Shown: positions 62,922 to 64,000 of the stretch, one piece after another
Layout: each line of letters begins with the position of its first letter
How positions within the stretch are numbered: position 1 is the stretch's first letter
Source of the DNA: Acidobacteriota bacterium
GTDB taxonomy: Bacteria > Acidobacteriota > Thermoanaerobaculia > Gp7-AA8
Length of the DNA: 64,000 bases
Direction: 5' to 3'
Assembly: GCA_019244185.1 (NCBI GenBank)
Contig: JAFATB010000023.1
Coordinates: 192,001-256,000 of the forward strand
Made by a program: the position numbers and the translations under genes
Notes under the pieces: generated by a model
Told to the model about the DNA's origin: nothing
Seen by the model: the letters and a program-made list of their open reading frames with translations, nothing else
Database searches by the model: none

Positions 62922-63737
62922 CTACACGCGTTCCAGAATGGGGCCAATCATCGACTCGGGGACGCGGATCGTGCCGAGGGTCTCGGTCTTCTTCACCGCG
63001 CCATGGTCGTCGGAGCCGCCCGTCGTGAACTTTCCGCGGAAACGCGCGAGGTTCGTGTAGCGCTCGCGGTTCAGCGCGTCGACGTCAGGGTGCATGACTT
63101 CGATCGCGTCGACGCCTTCGTCGAGCAAACGCGGCACGAGTTGTTCGTGATCGGGGTAGAGCGTCGGATGCGCGATCGAGGTGACGCCGCCCGCGTCGCG
63201 GATGAGCGCGACCGCCTCGGTGATGCGGAAGCGCTCCTTCTCGACGTACGCCGGCTTGCCGGTGCCGAGGTACTTGTCGAAGGCCTCGGAGACGGAGGCG
63301 ACGTAACGCTTCTCGACGAGCGCGCGGGCGACGTGCGGGCGTCCCATCGCGCCGCCGGCCGCGAGCTCGTCGACGCGCTCGGGGCGGATGTCGAAGCCGA
63401 GCGCGCGCAGCTTTTCGACCATCGCGTAGCCGCGGCGGTGGCGCGACTCGCGAAAACTCTGCAGGCGTTGCGCGATGCGCTCGTCGTGCGGCTCGAAGGC
63501 GTACGCGAGCACGTGCACGTCGATCCCTTCGAAGCCGCAGGAGAGTTCGATGGCGGGGACCAGCGTCACGCCGACCTCGTCCGCGTACGGTTTGGCTTCG
63601 TAGTACGCGGCGAGGTTGTCGTGATCGCTGATGGCGAGGATGGTGACGGCGTGCGTGCGCGCCACGTCGATGACCTCACGCGGGGAGCGGGTGCCGTCCG
63701 AATGAAACGTGTGCGTGTGCAGGTCTGCGTAGCGCAC
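62922..63737 (-). CDS. PHP-domain phosphoesterase (TrpH/YciV-like)
   Basis: Motifs DLHTHTFHSDG, SDHD, HVLAY, GRPHVA, AHP and GGSDDHG. Confidence 0.92.
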   Translation of the reverse strand: MRYADLHTHTFHSDGTRSPREVIDVARTHAVTILAISDHDNLAAYYEAKPYADEVGVTLVPAIELSCGFEGIDVHVLAYAFEPHDERIAQRLQSFRESRHRRGYAMVEKLRALGFDIRPERVDELAAGGAMGRPHVARALVEKRYVASVSEAFDKYLGTGKPAYVEKERFRITEAVALIRDAGGVTSIAHPTLYPDHEQLVPRLLDEGVDAIEVMHPDVDALNRERYTNLARFRGKFTTGGSDDHGAVKKTETLGTIRVPESMIGPILERV

Positions 63738-63745
63738 GCGCGAGA

Positions 63746-64000
63746 TCAGATTTTCTTCGCCGCGCGGTGTAGGCTCTTCGCGCCCGCTTCGAGCGCGTCT
63801 TTGGCCGCGTTGCGCGCGGATTTTTTCACCGACTCGATGACCGGTTTCGCGGCCTTCTTGAGCGCCTTGACTTTCGGCTTGGCCGCTTTCTCGACCTTCT
63901 TCATCACGGGCTTGGCGGCCTTCGCCACCTTGTCCGCGGCGTCGGACGCCTTCGCCTTCACCTGTTTCACGGCCTTGGCCGCGGCCTTCTTCACCTGCTT
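63746..64000 (-). CDS. Lys/Ala-rich histone H1-like protein, 5' end beyond the window
   Basis: Repeats KAAAKAVKQVK / KAAKPV; the frame is open to the window edge. Confidence 0.65.
   Translation of the reverse strand, partial: KQVKKAAAKAVKQVKAKASDAADKVAKAAKPVMKKVEKAAKPKVKALKKAAKPVIESVKKSARNAAKDALEAGAKSLHRAAKKI

Overview
This is a very GC-rich bacterial chromosomal segment. Gene content (LptD, Oar-type TonB receptor, IPTL-CTERM protein, sulfatase-TPR lipoprotein, YfhO, PilZ proteins) suggests a diderm, most plausibly Acidobacteriota (Thermoanaerobaculia-like); the taxonomy is inference only. It holds about 55 real CDS and one tRNA(CAU), and I see no rRNA, CRISPR, integrase or transposase. Housekeeping blocks are thiolase-tatD-GT2-LAB_N-amrA, tRNA-Zn-ribbon-RNase HI-yggS-yggT-divIVA-hutI, ribF-lptD, lat and queG. 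Accessory elements: (1) a stand-alone, compositionally foreign gene fusing a CAP12/Pycsar-type TIR domain to an unassigned middle domain and a HAD hydrolase (23426-25396), the best candidate for an undescribed signalling or anti-phage system; (2) a ~10.6 kb block in which a LytS-type kinase and a LytTR regulator bracket a PKD protein, a signal-peptide-bearing RHS toxin and an immunity lipoprotein; (3) an H-NOX gene with a REC-HD-GYP-REC-HD-GYP protein; (4) a GH144/GH1/TonB/ABC/LacI glucan-utilisation locus with an identifiable operator; (5) a 61-aa peptide paired with an 8-Cys protein; (6) an IS5-like MITE, a long palindrome and a decayed hicA. Many genes have a TANNNT box 6-13 nt upstream of the start and no SD, suggesting leaderless or near-leaderless transcripts. 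All family calls come from motif recognition by eye; no database was searched.
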